A stretch of 64,000 bases of DNA. Origin: Bacteroidia bacterium. Its GTDB lineage: Bacteria > Bacteroidota > Bacteroidia > AKYH767-A > 2013-40CM-41-45. The first letter of the stretch is position 1, and each line of letters begins with the position of its first letter. Shown here piece by piece: positions 9,709 to 19,540 of the stretch. The notes beneath the pieces were generated by a model. It saw only the letters and a list, made by a program, of their open reading frames with translations, did not search any database and was not told the origin of the DNA. Where the stretch lies: positions 7,609 through 71,608 of the forward strand of contig JBBRND010000022.1 in NCBI GenBank assembly GCA_038230515.1. Direction: 5' to 3'. The position numbers were made by a program, and so were the translations under genes.

Positions 9709-11271
9709 TCAATGATCCTGATTTTCGTAAGCGCCCATGTCAGGGTTTGTACCTCCCGGCATTGGGCGCGGAAGTCCTTTTATATCTGTTGCAAGAACGG
9801 TTGGGTTGAGTAAGAGGATAGCAGGATCTCCTGTGTGTACGGCAGGAGAGCTTCCTGCAGAAGAAGAGTCTAGTTCGTAAATATTATTGTCAATATCCTT
9901 AAAATGCGGCTCTACATTTCTAATTGAGTTGAGATAGTGATTCGCGCTTCCGTTATATGTTTCGAGATCCATTTTATAGAGGCAGTGATCGAGTATGAAA
10001 TTAAAATATCCTGCTCCGGTTGCAGTAACAGTATCCAGTTTGAATTCACTGTCCTGACTGCCATAGATAATGCAGTTGCCGAAGTATGCAGTGAGGGGAC
10101 GAATGGCAGTGTAATAATTATTAAGCCAGAAAGAAGGGGTGGATCGATTTGTATTGTTCCAATAGTTTGCAAATGTGCAATGAAGAAAACGGTAGTTGCC
10201 ACCGTAAAGAAGATAGCTTAAATATTCTCCGCAGTTTGCAAACACACAATTGTTTGCCTGTATTGAAGAACCGTTGCCATACAAAGCAGTACTTGCGGAA
10301 TTTTTTATGATTGTGTTGTTAAGTGTGGCAGCTATTGTATCAGGAGAAGATGGAACAGAATCGGATTGTATTCCTACAAAACCATTTTTTATAATGGCAT
10401 GATTAAAAACATTTCCGTTTGGTCCGGCACCTGTTGTAATAGGAATCGGATTGCACTGAGTAAGATCAATTGCTGAAATAGTAGATAACCAGATGCGATC
10501 CCATTGACCGGGGATGTCTTTGAATTGATCTCCGAGACGATCGCCCTCAAAAGTTACTGGATCGGTGAGCGTTCCGTTCACAATAATTTTTGCCGTGTTC
10601 GTAACGATGATACCTGAGTTGTTATGAAAATGAATGCGGACTCCTGCATCAATAGTAAGTGTATATCCGGCATCGAGAATGGCGTATCCGTAAATCACGT
10701 ATGGCTTGTCATTGGTCCAGTGAAGAGAGTGGCTTGCACCTGCACAATCTTTCAACTTGAAGAGAGGAGTGCATTGCGATTTTTGTTCTCCGCAATTGGA
10801 AGAAGGAAAGAAGTGTGCATTCTGCCCATACGCAACAAGATCGAGGTGTTGTTGATTGCTGTTTGTGTTGAAGATGATGGCATCGCTGATGATGAATGGG
10901 GTGGTGGCGTTATTTGGATCAATGGTCACTTCTGCAAAAATCCAGATGCTGTCGTTGGCACCAATCTCCACATTGGTAAAAGATTTTCCGGGTACGCCAT
11001 TTACATTCAGGCGAAAATAGGATGATGCACCAGAACCGAGATAGAGGGAAGATATTACGAGCGGCTGACTGTATGTATTTCTTACAACGAATACCTGAGT
11101 GGCGCTGCCTACTGAGGCGAACACAGTATCGAACTGAACGGTGTCCACACTGAACTGAAGCGTAGCTCCGGCATCGGTAAGCAGCTTGTCCTTTTTGCAG
11201 GAACTAACCGAGAGAAACAACGCAAAGGCGGTGAGGATGTAAAAGAAAAATTTACTTTTCATGAGCGGCAA
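9709..11271 (-). CDS. secreted lipoprotein of unknown function, likely a parallel beta-helix fold
   Basis: Signal peptide plus lipobox LSVSSC. The sequence is rich in N/G/T repeats (NNTIIKN, NNSGIIVTN). Confidence 0.5.
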   Translation of the reverse strand: MPLMKSKFFFYILTAFALFLSVSSCKKDKLLTDAGATLQFSVDTVQFDTVFASVGSATQVFVVRNTYSQPLVISSLYLGSGASSYFRLNVNGVPGKSFTNVEIGANDSIWIFAEVTIDPNNATTPFIISDAIIFNTNSNQQHLDLVAYGQNAHFFPSSNCGEQKSQCTPLFKLKDCAGASHSLHWTNDKPYVIYGYAILDAGYTLTIDAGVRIHFHNNSGIIVTNTAKIIVNGTLTDPVTFEGDRLGDQFKDIPGQWDRIWLSTISAIDLTQCNPIPITTGAGPNGNVFNHAIIKNGFVGIQSDSVPSSPDTIAATLNNTIIKNSASTALYGNGSSIQANNCVFANCGEYLSYLLYGGNYRFLHCTFANYWNNTNRSTPSFWLNNYYTAIRPLTAYFGNCIIYGSQDSEFKLDTVTATGAGYFNFILDHCLYKMDLETYNGSANHYLNSIRNVEPHFKDIDNNIYELDSSSAGSSPAVHTGDPAILLLNPTVLATDIKGLPRPMPGGTNPDMGAYENQDH

Positions 11272-11558
11272 AGATAGTTTTCATTCTTAACGTGAAAAGG
11301 AAAGAAATATTCGGCTGCTGTTTTGCGATCTGCGAAGTGAAGCCACACGGTTCGAGCAAAAAATATTTTTAGGTCTGTTTCTCCCAAGGCATACTTATAT
11401 TATAGTATTACCCAGTTTCCCTTTTCCTTGCCTTGCTTTCCCCGCTTTTTCCGAAGGAAAGTAGATAGTAGAAAAGGCATTCCTTATTTTTAGCTCAAAT
11501 TCAAGCTAAATCAAAATGAGTGAAGAATAGAAATGGCATCAGGGAGCGAAATTAGCTT

Positions 11559-11766
11559 GGAATGTACATTCTAAAGTTTAGAAGATACATTCTTTCCGTT
11601 AGAATGTACATTCTTTCCGTTAGAATGTACATTCTAAAGTTTAGAAGATACATTCTTTCCGTTAGAATGGTCATTCTAAAGTTTAGAAGATACATTCCTT
11701 CCGTTAGAATGGTCATTCTAAAGGTTGGAAGATACATTCCTTCCGTTAGAATGTATATTATTGATT
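11559..11766. repeat. about 5 copies of a 42-bp tandem repeat, each unit built from two 21-bp halves, with the perfect palindrome AGAATGTACATTCT
   Basis: Read directly: ttagaatgtacattctaaagtttagaagatacattctttccg repeated. Confidence 0.85.
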
Positions 11767-11889
11767 TTTGGAAAGAAAAAGAGAAAAAATTGCTGTTTAT
11801 TTCCGCCAGGAGGCGAACACGGTTTTAAGATGCATTTATCCAATCCACCTGAAACTCCCGTTTAAACAAGAAATTCCGCAATAAACTTC

Positions 11890-12654
11890 CTACGGCTGCG
11901 CATACACAGGTTGATTCCAAATGTCCCATGCTTTGTCTGCCTGTAGCCGTAACATTCGGAAGCCGTTGTGAATAAATGCACCGCGCTCTTTTCCTTTCAT
12001 GAGGAAAGCGGTTTGAGCAGGATTGTACACGAGATCGAACAAAAGATTTTTATGATTCAGAAATTCATACGGAATATCAGGGAATGTGTGAATGTCAGGT
12101 TCCATGCCAAGCGGAGTGCAATTCACTATGACCTGAAAAGCTTTCATGGTGTTCAAGTTTAAATCTTTGTAAGTGTAATGAAAGCGTGAATCGTTTCTCG
12201 TTACAAAAAAATGTTCCAGGCTGAGTTTTCTGAAAACATACGATACTGCCTTTGCTGAACCGCCTGTTCCCAATATCAACGCCCTGCGGTGATGCGGACG
12301 GAGAATAGGGCGTATCGCCAATTCGAATCCCCATGCATCGGTATTATATCCGTGCAACTCAGCGCGACCATCTTCCGAGCGCACAATCTTGATGCAGTTA
12401 ACCGCGCTGATGCGCTGCGCCACTTCATCCACTTGATCCATCATCGGCAGAATATCTAACTTGTGAGGAAGCGTAACATTCAATCCAACCAGATCAGGAT
12501 TGTCGTGAATGATTTGTTTGAGGTCGGAAGCATTTGATGATTCAAAATTTTCATACACATGATCATGTCTTCCTTCTTTCATAAACTTTTCCGTAAAATA
12601 CTTTTTCGAAAAGGAATGCCCAAGCGGGTATCCGAATAAGCCGAATTTTTTCAT
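11890..12654 (-). CDS. aroE: shikimate dehydrogenase
   Basis: N-terminus MKKFGLFGYPLGHSFSKKYF and an NADP-binding GTGGSAKA motif. Confidence 0.8.
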   Translation of the reverse strand: MKKFGLFGYPLGHSFSKKYFTEKFMKEGRHDHVYENFESSNASDLKQIIHDNPDLVGLNVTLPHKLDILPMMDQVDEVAQRISAVNCIKIVRSEDGRAELHGYNTDAWGFELAIRPILRPHHRRALILGTGGSAKAVSYVFRKLSLEHFFVTRNDSRFHYTYKDLNLNTMKAFQVIVNCTPLGMEPDIHTFPDIPYEFLNHKNLLFDLVYNPAQTAFLMKGKERGAFIHNGFRMLRLQADKAWDIWNQPVYAQP

Positions 12655-12684
12655 AAGTGCCTTGATTTAAAAAATTAGAATTGG

Positions 12685-13332
12685 TTAAACTGTTTTGTTG
12701 GTTGAGAAGCGGTGGCGGATAAATGCAATAATCATCGGGAGCAGGGATACGATGATGATGCCAAACACCACGAGTGTGAAATTATGTTTGATGACGGGAA
12801 TGTTTCCGAATAAATATCCGACTGTGCTGAAACTTGCTATCCATAATATATTTCCCATAATGCAAAACAGGAGGAAACGTTTGTAAGTCATCGAACCAAG
12901 CCCTGCAACAAACGGAGCGAATGTTCGGATGATGGGCATGAAGCGGGCAATGACTACGGTTTTGCCTCCATGCTTTTCGTAAAATGAATGTGTGCGCGCG
13001 AGGTATTCTTTTTTGATGAGCGTTCGTTTTGCATTTACGATTTTGTGTCCTATAAAATTTCCGATGAAATAATTTGTGTTGTCACCTGCAAACGCTGCAA
13101 TAAAAAGAATGATGATGATCAAGCCGAGATTCAACGCGCCAGCTCCTGCCAAAGCACCAGCAGCAAACAGCAATGAATCGCCCGGAAGAAAAGGAGTGAA
13201 CACCAATCCTGTTTCGCAAAAGATAATGAGAGCGAGCAGCAGATAAGTAAGCCGGTCGTACTGTTGCACCCACTGCTGAAGATAGACATCAATGTGCGCA
13301 ATAAAATCAATAAACTGGTGAATCAAATCCAT
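12685..13332 (-). CDS. DedA/VTT-family membrane protein
   Basis: The CETGLVFTPFLPGDSLLFAAGALA motif and multiple TM segments. Confidence 0.8.
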   Translation of the reverse strand: MDLIHQFIDFIAHIDVYLQQWVQQYDRLTYLLLALIIFCETGLVFTPFLPGDSLLFAAGALAGAGALNLGLIIIILFIAAFAGDNTNYFIGNFIGHKIVNAKRTLIKKEYLARTHSFYEKHGGKTVVIARFMPIIRTFAPFVAGLGSMTYKRFLLFCIMGNILWIASFSTVGYLFGNIPVIKHNFTLVVFGIIIVSLLPMIIAFIRHRFSTNKTV

Positions 13333-13437
13333 ACAGTGCCTTGTAGAAAAATTTGAATCGAAAACCTGAAACCGTAAATCTTTAACCTTGATTGCAGGTG
13401 TAATCCGTGGACAAAGTTAGAAAGAGTTTAATGCAAG

Positions 13438-13755
13438 TCAATAGGTTTGCAAAGATTGATCAATCTCCTTTGCATAAGCGAGAATTCCGCCTTTCAGGTT
13501 GTATAGGTTCGTGAAACCGAAACGGCTTTCGAGATTCATGATGGCAGTTGCGCTGCGTACTCCGCCTTTGCAGTGAACAATTACGGGTTTGTTTTTTGAG
13601 ATGCGGTCTGCATTCTCAAGAACTGTTGCGAGCGGAATTAATTCCCCACCGAGGTTTGCGATGTCGAATTCATACTCTTCACGTACATCAATAATCTGAA
13701 TGTCTTCCTTGCTGTCGAGTTTTTCTTTGAGTTGCTGAACGGTTATTTCTTTCAT
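13438..13755 (-). CDS. rhodanese-domain sulfurtransferase
   Basis: Active-site loop VIVHCKGGVRS. Length 105 aa. Confidence 0.8.
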   Translation of the reverse strand: MKEITVQQLKEKLDSKEDIQIIDVREEYEFDIANLGGELIPLATVLENADRISKNKPVIVHCKGGVRSATAIMNLESRFGFTNLYNLKGGILAYAKEIDQSLQTY

Positions 13756-13815
13756 GGTGCGAAAATATGAAAGTTATCTGTTTGCGATTAAGAATCATGT
13801 GCGTTTCTTTGCGCA

Positions 13816-14622
13816 ATGAAAGAACTGATTGAAGAGGCGTGGCTGAATCGGGAACTCCTGAAGGATGAAAAAAATCAGCGGGCGATTCGCAGCGTGATTG
13901 AAGAACTTGATAAAGGCAAAATCCGTGTTGCAGAACCAACTGCTGAAGGATGGAAAGTGAATGAGTGGGTGAAGAAAGCGGTAATCCTTTATTTTCCGAT
14001 TCAGCAAATGAATGTGATGGAAGTGGGCCCGATGGAGTTTCACGATAAGATTCCGCTGAAGAAAAATTTTGCTTCGCTCGGTGTGCGGGTGGTTCCTAAC
14101 GGCACTGCACGGTTCGGAAGTTTTCTTGCAAGAGGTGTCATTCTCATGCCTTCGTATGTGAACATTGGAGCGTATGTAGATGAAGGTACAATGGTGGATA
14201 CCTGGGCCACAGTTGGAAGTTGTGCGCAGATCGGAAAACATGTTCACCTGAGCGGAGGAGTTGGAATTGGTGGTGTACTTGAGCCGGTGCAGGCATCGCC
14301 TGTGATTATTGAAGACAATTGTTTTATCGGTTCGCGCTGCATTGTTGTGGAAGGTGTAAGAGTAGAGAAGGAAGCAGTGCTTGGGGCAAATGTAGTGTTG
14401 ACTCAAAGCACAAAAATTATTGATGTGAGTGAAAGCAAGCCGATAGAATTCAGAGGTATTGTTCCATCACGTTCTGTAGTTATTCCGGGAAGTTATATGA
14501 AGAAATTTCCGGCAGGAGAATATCAGGTGCCATGTGCATTAATCATTGGCAAGCGCAAAGAAAGTACCGACACGAAAACATCGTTGAATGATGCGTTGCG
14601 CGATTACAGTGTATCGGGATAA
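13816..14622 (+). CDS. dapD: 2,3,4,5-tetrahydropyridine-2,6-dicarboxylate N-succinyltransferase
   Basis: Left-handed beta-helix hexapeptide repeats and a DapD-type N-terminal domain. Confidence 0.7.
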   Translation: MKELIEEAWLNRELLKDEKNQRAIRSVIEELDKGKIRVAEPTAEGWKVNEWVKKAVILYFPIQQMNVMEVGPMEFHDKIPLKKNFASLGVRVVPNGTARFGSFLARGVILMPSYVNIGAYVDEGTMVDTWATVGSCAQIGKHVHLSGGVGIGGVLEPVQASPVIIEDNCFIGSRCIVVEGVRVEKEAVLGANVVLTQSTKIIDVSESKPIEFRGIVPSRSVVIPGSYMKKFPAGEYQVPCALIIGKRKESTDTKTSLNDALRDYSVSG

Positions 14623-14663
14623 ACAGTCGTTTCGGGTTTTACCAATCAACTCAATCAACTACA

Positions 14664-15785
14664 ATGCGAATAGGTTTTGATGCTAAGCGAGCATTCATGA
14701 ATTCCAGCGGACTCGGAAATTATTCGCGAACGCTTATTAAATCATTGATTGAAAATTTTCCGGAGAATGAATACGTGGCGTTTACTCCGACTGTCAAAGA
14801 AAGTCTAGGAAAGAAAATACTCAAGACGGGAAAACTTGAACTTGTGTTGCCGCCACAATTAATGAGAAGTGTTTTGTCATCATGGTGGCGCTCATCTTTT
14901 ATTTCGCAGGACATACGGGTGCAAAAACTAGATGTGTATCATGGCTTGAGTAACGAACTGCCGAAGCGAATTCCGAAAGAAACAAAAAAAGTTGTAACGA
15001 TTCACGATTTGATTTTTCTCCGGCAACCCGAATGGTATCCGCTTATTGACAGAAATACGTATTACAGAAAATGCAGGTTTGCTTGTAAAGAAGCAGATGC
15101 CATTGTTGCGGTAAGCGAACAGACAAAAAAAGACATTCAATATTATTTCAACACAGATACTGCGAAGATCAAGGTTGTTTATCAGAGTTGTGATGAATTC
15201 TTTTACGTGCGAGCTGAAGATTTTATATTGGAAGATTTCCGGAAAAGAAAAAATCTTCCTGAAAAATATATTCTGTACGTAGGCACAGTTGAAGAGCGGA
15301 AAAATCTTCTCACACTTGTAAAAGCAATGACTAAGGTGAGCGATGTTCCGTTAGTCGTAATTGGTCGAAAGAAAAAGTATTTTGAAAAAGTTCAGGAGTT
15401 CATGGCCCGAAATAAAGTGCAATCAAAAATTATTTTTCCGGATTCTTCTTTCGCAAACGATCTCTCGTTGTATTACAAATGCGCTTCTGTATTTGTTTAT
15501 CCAAGTTATTATGAAGGTTTCGGAATTCCTGTGATCGAAGCTCTACTGAGTGGAGTTCCGGTAATCACTTCAAACACTTCTGCATTGCCTGAGGCGGGCG
15601 GAATATCTTCTCTTTATGTTAATCCTCACGATGAAGGCGATCTCGCTGAAAAAATAAATTCCGTTCTGAATAATGAAGTTCTTCGAAAGAAAATGGTTGC
15701 TGATGGCTCGGAATATGTGAAACGGTTTCATCCGAAAACTACTTCATCTGAAATGATGAACCTTTACAAAACTATTTCAGGATAA
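14664..15785 (+). CDS. glycosyltransferase family 4
   Basis: EGFGIPVIEALLSGVPVITSN GT4 motif. Confidence 0.8.
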   Translation: MRIGFDAKRAFMNSSGLGNYSRTLIKSLIENFPENEYVAFTPTVKESLGKKILKTGKLELVLPPQLMRSVLSSWWRSSFISQDIRVQKLDVYHGLSNELPKRIPKETKKVVTIHDLIFLRQPEWYPLIDRNTYYRKCRFACKEADAIVAVSEQTKKDIQYYFNTDTAKIKVVYQSCDEFFYVRAEDFILEDFRKRKNLPEKYILYVGTVEERKNLLTLVKAMTKVSDVPLVVIGRKKKYFEKVQEFMARNKVQSKIIFPDSSFANDLSLYYKCASVFVYPSYYEGFGIPVIEALLSGVPVITSNTSALPEAGGISSLYVNPHDEGDLAEKINSVLNNEVLRKKMVADGSEYVKRFHPKTTSSEMMNLYKTISG

Positions 15786-16360
15786 TGGATGAGTTAATGA
15801 AAGCAGAAATTGAAGAGTGCATTGAAGTTTTGAAAAGCGGAGGACTTATTCTTTATCCCACCGATACGATATGGGGAATCGGCTGCGATGCAACCAATGA
15901 AGAAGCAACACAAAAAATATTTCAGCTGAAGAGAAGAACAGATTCGAAAAGTATGATCGTTCTTCTCGATAATGAAGCTCGACTTGCTGCATACATCAGA
16001 GAAGTTCCACAGCAAGCTTATGAGTTGATGGAGTACAGCGAGAAGCCACTTACGCTTGTTTTACCCGGAGCAAAAAATCTTGCCAAGAATATTATTGCAG
16101 CTGACGAATCAATCGGAATAAGAATTACAAAGGATGAATTTTGTAGAAACGTGATTCAACGTTTCCGTAAACCAATTGTGTCAACATCGGCAAACATCAG
16201 CGGAGAAAATCCTCCTTTAAATTTTTCTGAAGTAAGTGAGGAAATAAAATCAGGCGTTGATTATGTAGTACGTTTGCGGCAAAACGAATCTCAAAAAGGT
16301 TTTCCTTCTCAAATCATTCAGTTGGGAGTGGGGGGAGAGATTAAGTTTCTAAGAAATTAG
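15785..16360 (+). CDS. tsaC: L-threonylcarbamoyladenylate synthase (YrdC/Sua5 family), paralog 1
   Basis: ILYPTDTIWGIGCDATN...KPIVSTSANISG YrdC fold. TAATG overlap with the upstream GT4 gene. Confidence 0.8.
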   Translation: MDELMKAEIEECIEVLKSGGLILYPTDTIWGIGCDATNEEATQKIFQLKRRTDSKSMIVLLDNEARLAAYIREVPQQAYELMEYSEKPLTLVLPGAKNLAKNIIAADESIGIRITKDEFCRNVIQRFRKPIVSTSANISGENPPLNFSEVSEEIKSGVDYVVRLRQNESQKGFPSQIIQLGVGGEIKFLRN

Positions 16361-16420
16361 TTCCATCATTCCTAAAGATTCGCTATTCGCAAAATCGTCC
16401 GCCTAGGCAGATTCGCACAG

Positions 16421-17863
16421 TTGAAAAAGCACTTACAACATCCGGTTTTCAGAATTATTGCAGAGCAGGCAATGGCAATGAGTGCAGAGGCATTTGTTGT
16501 TGGAGGATACGTGCGCGATATTTTTCTCAAGCGCGAATCAAAAGACATTGATGTAGTAGTTACCGGCAGTGGAATAGAACTTGCAAAACAAGTGGCTCAT
16601 CATCTTGGCAAAGATGTACCTGTCAGTTATTTCAAAAACTTCGGTACTGCAATGATTAAGTTCGATGATCTTGAAATAGAATTTGTTGGGGCGCGAAAGG
16701 AATCGTACCGGAGCGATTCGCGCAAGCCCCTTGTGGAGAGCGGCACTATCGAGGACGATCAGAAGCGAAGGGATTTTACCATCAATGCTATGGCAATTCA
16801 TCTAACGGAGAATAATTTTGGTGAGTTGGTTGATCCCTTTAATGGAATTCAGGATTTGCATGATCGGCTTATCCGCACTCCGCTCGATCCTGAAATTACC
16901 TTCTCAGATGATCCGCTTCGAATGATGCGAGCAATCCGTTTCGCATCGCAACTTCATTTCACTATTGATCCTGATGCTTTTCATGCGATCAAAAAAAATA
17001 GGGAGCGGATAAAAATTGTTTCAATGGAGCGCATCACCGATGAATTGAATAAAATTATTCTTTCTGTCAAGCCCTCAATTGGTTTCAATTTACTTTTTGA
17101 TTCAGGTTTGCTTCAGATGATTTTCCCCCAGTTCTGTGCATTGCACGGAGTAGAATATGTAAATGGAAAAGGACACAAGGATAATTTCCATCACACGCTC
17201 CAAGTGCTCGATAACGTTTCGCATGAGAGCAACGATCTTTGGCTGCGCTGGGCTGCTGTGCTGCATGACATTGCAAAGCCCGCTACCAAACGTTTCGAAC
17301 CAGATCACGGATGGACATTTCATGGCCATGAAGACAAAGGTGCAAGAATGGTCAAACATATTTTCCGTCATTTCAAACTTCCTCTGAATGAAAAAATGAA
17401 ATTCGTGGAGAGGTTAGTGCAACTTCACTTGCGCCCGATTGTTCTTGCGCAGGAAGTTGTAACTGATTCTGCAGTGCGCAGATTATTATTTGATGCAGGC
17501 GAAGATGTGGATGCACTCATGGTGCTTTGCCATGCTGATGTAACAACTAAGAACGAATACAAAATAAAAAAGTACAAAGACAATTTTGAAATTGTTTCAA
17601 ACAAGTTGAAGGAAGTGGAGGAGAAGGATCGCATGCGGAACTGGCAACCTCCCATTACTGGCGAAGATGTGATGTACGTGTTCGATTTGAAGCCAAGCCG
17701 TGAAGTGGGAGAATTGAAAACCGCCATTCGTGAAGCAATAATCGATGGAAAAATTTTGAATGACTTTGATGACGCATACAAGTTCCTTCTTCAAAAAGGA
17801 AAAGAACTCGGACTTGAACAAAAACACAAGATCGAAACATCCCGAGTAATAAAAAAGGAATAA
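16421..17863 (+). CDS. cca: CCA-adding tRNA nucleotidyltransferase with HD domain
   Basis: Pol-beta NTase motif FVVGGYVRDIFLKRESKDIDVV plus an HD motif. Confidence 0.8.
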   Translation: MKKHLQHPVFRIIAEQAMAMSAEAFVVGGYVRDIFLKRESKDIDVVVTGSGIELAKQVAHHLGKDVPVSYFKNFGTAMIKFDDLEIEFVGARKESYRSDSRKPLVESGTIEDDQKRRDFTINAMAIHLTENNFGELVDPFNGIQDLHDRLIRTPLDPEITFSDDPLRMMRAIRFASQLHFTIDPDAFHAIKKNRERIKIVSMERITDELNKIILSVKPSIGFNLLFDSGLLQMIFPQFCALHGVEYVNGKGHKDNFHHTLQVLDNVSHESNDLWLRWAAVLHDIAKPATKRFEPDHGWTFHGHEDKGARMVKHIFRHFKLPLNEKMKFVERLVQLHLRPIVLAQEVVTDSAVRRLLFDAGEDVDALMVLCHADVTTKNEYKIKKYKDNFEIVSNKLKEVEEKDRMRNWQPPITGEDVMYVFDLKPSREVGELKTAIREAIIDGKILNDFDDAYKFLLQKGKELGLEQKHKIETSRVIKKE

Positions 17864-17936
17864 AATTTATTCATTATCAAATTTGTCTTGAAATTTTATT
17901 TCTACTTTTAACGCAGATTCACAACTTAACTTACCC

Positions 17937-18569
17937 ATGGCAGTTTACAGATTCAGAGTAACATTCGAAGATTATGACGATGTATCGAGAGACATCGAAA
18001 TAAAAGCAACTCAAACATTTGATGATTTGCATTACGGACTTCACAACTACATTGGCTTTGATGCATCCAAGCCCGCTTCTTTTTTCATGAGTGATGACTA
18101 TTGGAAGAAAGGAAAAGAAATTTCCAACCGCGAGTTGAAAGGAGAAGACAAGGTAAATGTTACAACTTTCCGCAACGCGCGTTTGTGCGATTTCATTATT
18201 GATCCTCATCAGAAAATTGTTTACATCTTCGACCCGGAGGAGAAGTGGACGTTTCATATTGAGTTGCTTAAAATTGTTCCGGTGGTGGACGGCAATTCTC
18301 CATATCCGAAATGCATCAAATCAACTGGCGAAGCTCCTAAGCAATATCCCCCTCCTCCATCAGCATCTCTTCCACAGCCGGAGGACTTCGATCCGGCAGC
18401 AGTTGCAGAACCTGAAGAAGAAGCGGAACCCGAAGTTGATGCAGGAGTGGATGACGAAGATATTCCGGTAGGGGTTGAAGAAGTTAAAGTAACTGGCGAG
18501 GGGGAATTGGTTGGAGACAGTGATGAGAATTCTGAAGAAGAAACGGAGGATGAGGATGAGATTTTGTAA
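17937..18569 (+). CDS. pRiA4b ORF-3-like family protein (PF07929-type) with a poly-acidic C-terminal tail
   Basis: The pattern YRFRVTFEDYDDVSRDIEIKATQTFDDLHYGLHNYIGFDASKPASFF ... KIVYIFDPEEKWTFHIELLKI matches the family. The tail is DDEDIPVGVEEV...SEEETEDEDEIL. Confidence 0.5.
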   Translation: MAVYRFRVTFEDYDDVSRDIEIKATQTFDDLHYGLHNYIGFDASKPASFFMSDDYWKKGKEISNRELKGEDKVNVTTFRNARLCDFIIDPHQKIVYIFDPEEKWTFHIELLKIVPVVDGNSPYPKCIKSTGEAPKQYPPPPSASLPQPEDFDPAAVAEPEEEAEPEVDAGVDDEDIPVGVEEVKVTGEGELVGDSDENSEEETEDEDEIL

Positions 18570-18637
18570 AAATAGATAACTGGAATTCGCAAACCATTTT
18601 TCATACTTCTCTAATTTTATTAATTCCAATTCTCTCA

Positions 18638-19540
18638 ATCAAGCATCTTATTGTAATTGTAGGTCCGACAGCTGTCGGAAAAACGGCTTTGGCAATCGTA
18701 TTGGCAAAGCATTTTAAGACTGAAATTGTTTCTGCTGATTCAAGACAATTTTTTAATGAGATGGGTATCGGTACCGCCAAACCATCAGCATCACAGCTTC
18801 TGGAATCGAAGCATCATCTTGTAAATTCATTTTCAATCCATGATGAGTACAATGCCGGTTGTTTTGAAAAAGATTCGCTTGAATGTCTTTTAAAAATATA
18901 TTCAACGAATGATCTTGCAATTCTTTGTGGTGGTTCCGGTTTGTATGTTGATTTGGTCTGCAATGGTTCTGACGAACTTCCATTAAGAAATCCGGCTGTT
19001 CGTGATGAACTTACAACTTTACACAAAACTTCAGGCATTGTGGCGTTGCAAAAAAAACTAAAAGAACTTGACCCCGAATTTTTTTCTCAAATTGATTTGA
19101 ATAACCCTCACCGTCTTATTCGTGCCCTTGAAGTTTGCATCAGTTCAGGGAAAAAATATTCTGAATTGAGAGAGGGAAAAAAATCAAAACGTCCGTTTAA
19201 AATTATAAAGATCGGTCTGGAAGATGATCGTGAAAAGGTTTACGAGAGAATAAATACGCGTGTGGAGGAGATGATGAAGAACGGTTTGCTGGAAGAAGCA
19301 AAATCCCTTTTTGAATTCCGCCATCTCAACGCTATGCAAACAGTAGGTTACACAGAGCTTTTCAATTTTATTGAGGGAAGAATTTCACTTCAAGAAGCCG
19401 TTGATCAGATTAAGCAACACACGCGGAATTATGCTAAGCGCCAATGGACATGGTTCAAAAAAGACAGAGAGATGAGATGGTTCAAGCCTGAGCAATCGGA
19501 AGCAATTATAGAATATATTTCTTCATATACCGGTACTTAA
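18638..19540 (+). CDS. miaA: tRNA dimethylallyltransferase
   Basis: P-loop GPTAVGKTALAIVLAK, then DSRQFFNEMGIGTAKP. The frame opens right after the stop of the upstream gene and has no ATG/GTG/TTG before the P-loop. The best start is ATC at 18638, giving MKHLIVIVGPT. Confidence 0.8.
   Translation: MKHLIVIVGPTAVGKTALAIVLAKHFKTEIVSADSRQFFNEMGIGTAKPSASQLLESKHHLVNSFSIHDEYNAGCFEKDSLECLLKIYSTNDLAILCGGSGLYVDLVCNGSDELPLRNPAVRDELTTLHKTSGIVALQKKLKELDPEFFSQIDLNNPHRLIRALEVCISSGKKYSELREGKKSKRPFKIIKIGLEDDREKVYERINTRVEEMMKNGLLEEAKSLFEFRHLNAMQTVGYTELFNFIEGRISLQEAVDQIKQHTRNYAKRQWTWFKKDREMRWFKPEQSEAIIEYISSYTGT

Noticed and set aside
9912-10221. Antisense ORF pair inside the lipoprotein gene, and many similar 60-100-aa ORFs antisense to clear genes (for example 743-1077, 2058-2327, 3226-3819, 4565-5338, 17085-17840, 20177-20832, 26416-26800, 27162-27728, 35774-36484, 41073-41381, 48059-48497, 50110-50650, 52230-52589)
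   Set aside because: These are shadow ORFs lying within or opposite well-supported genes. They have no independent homology.
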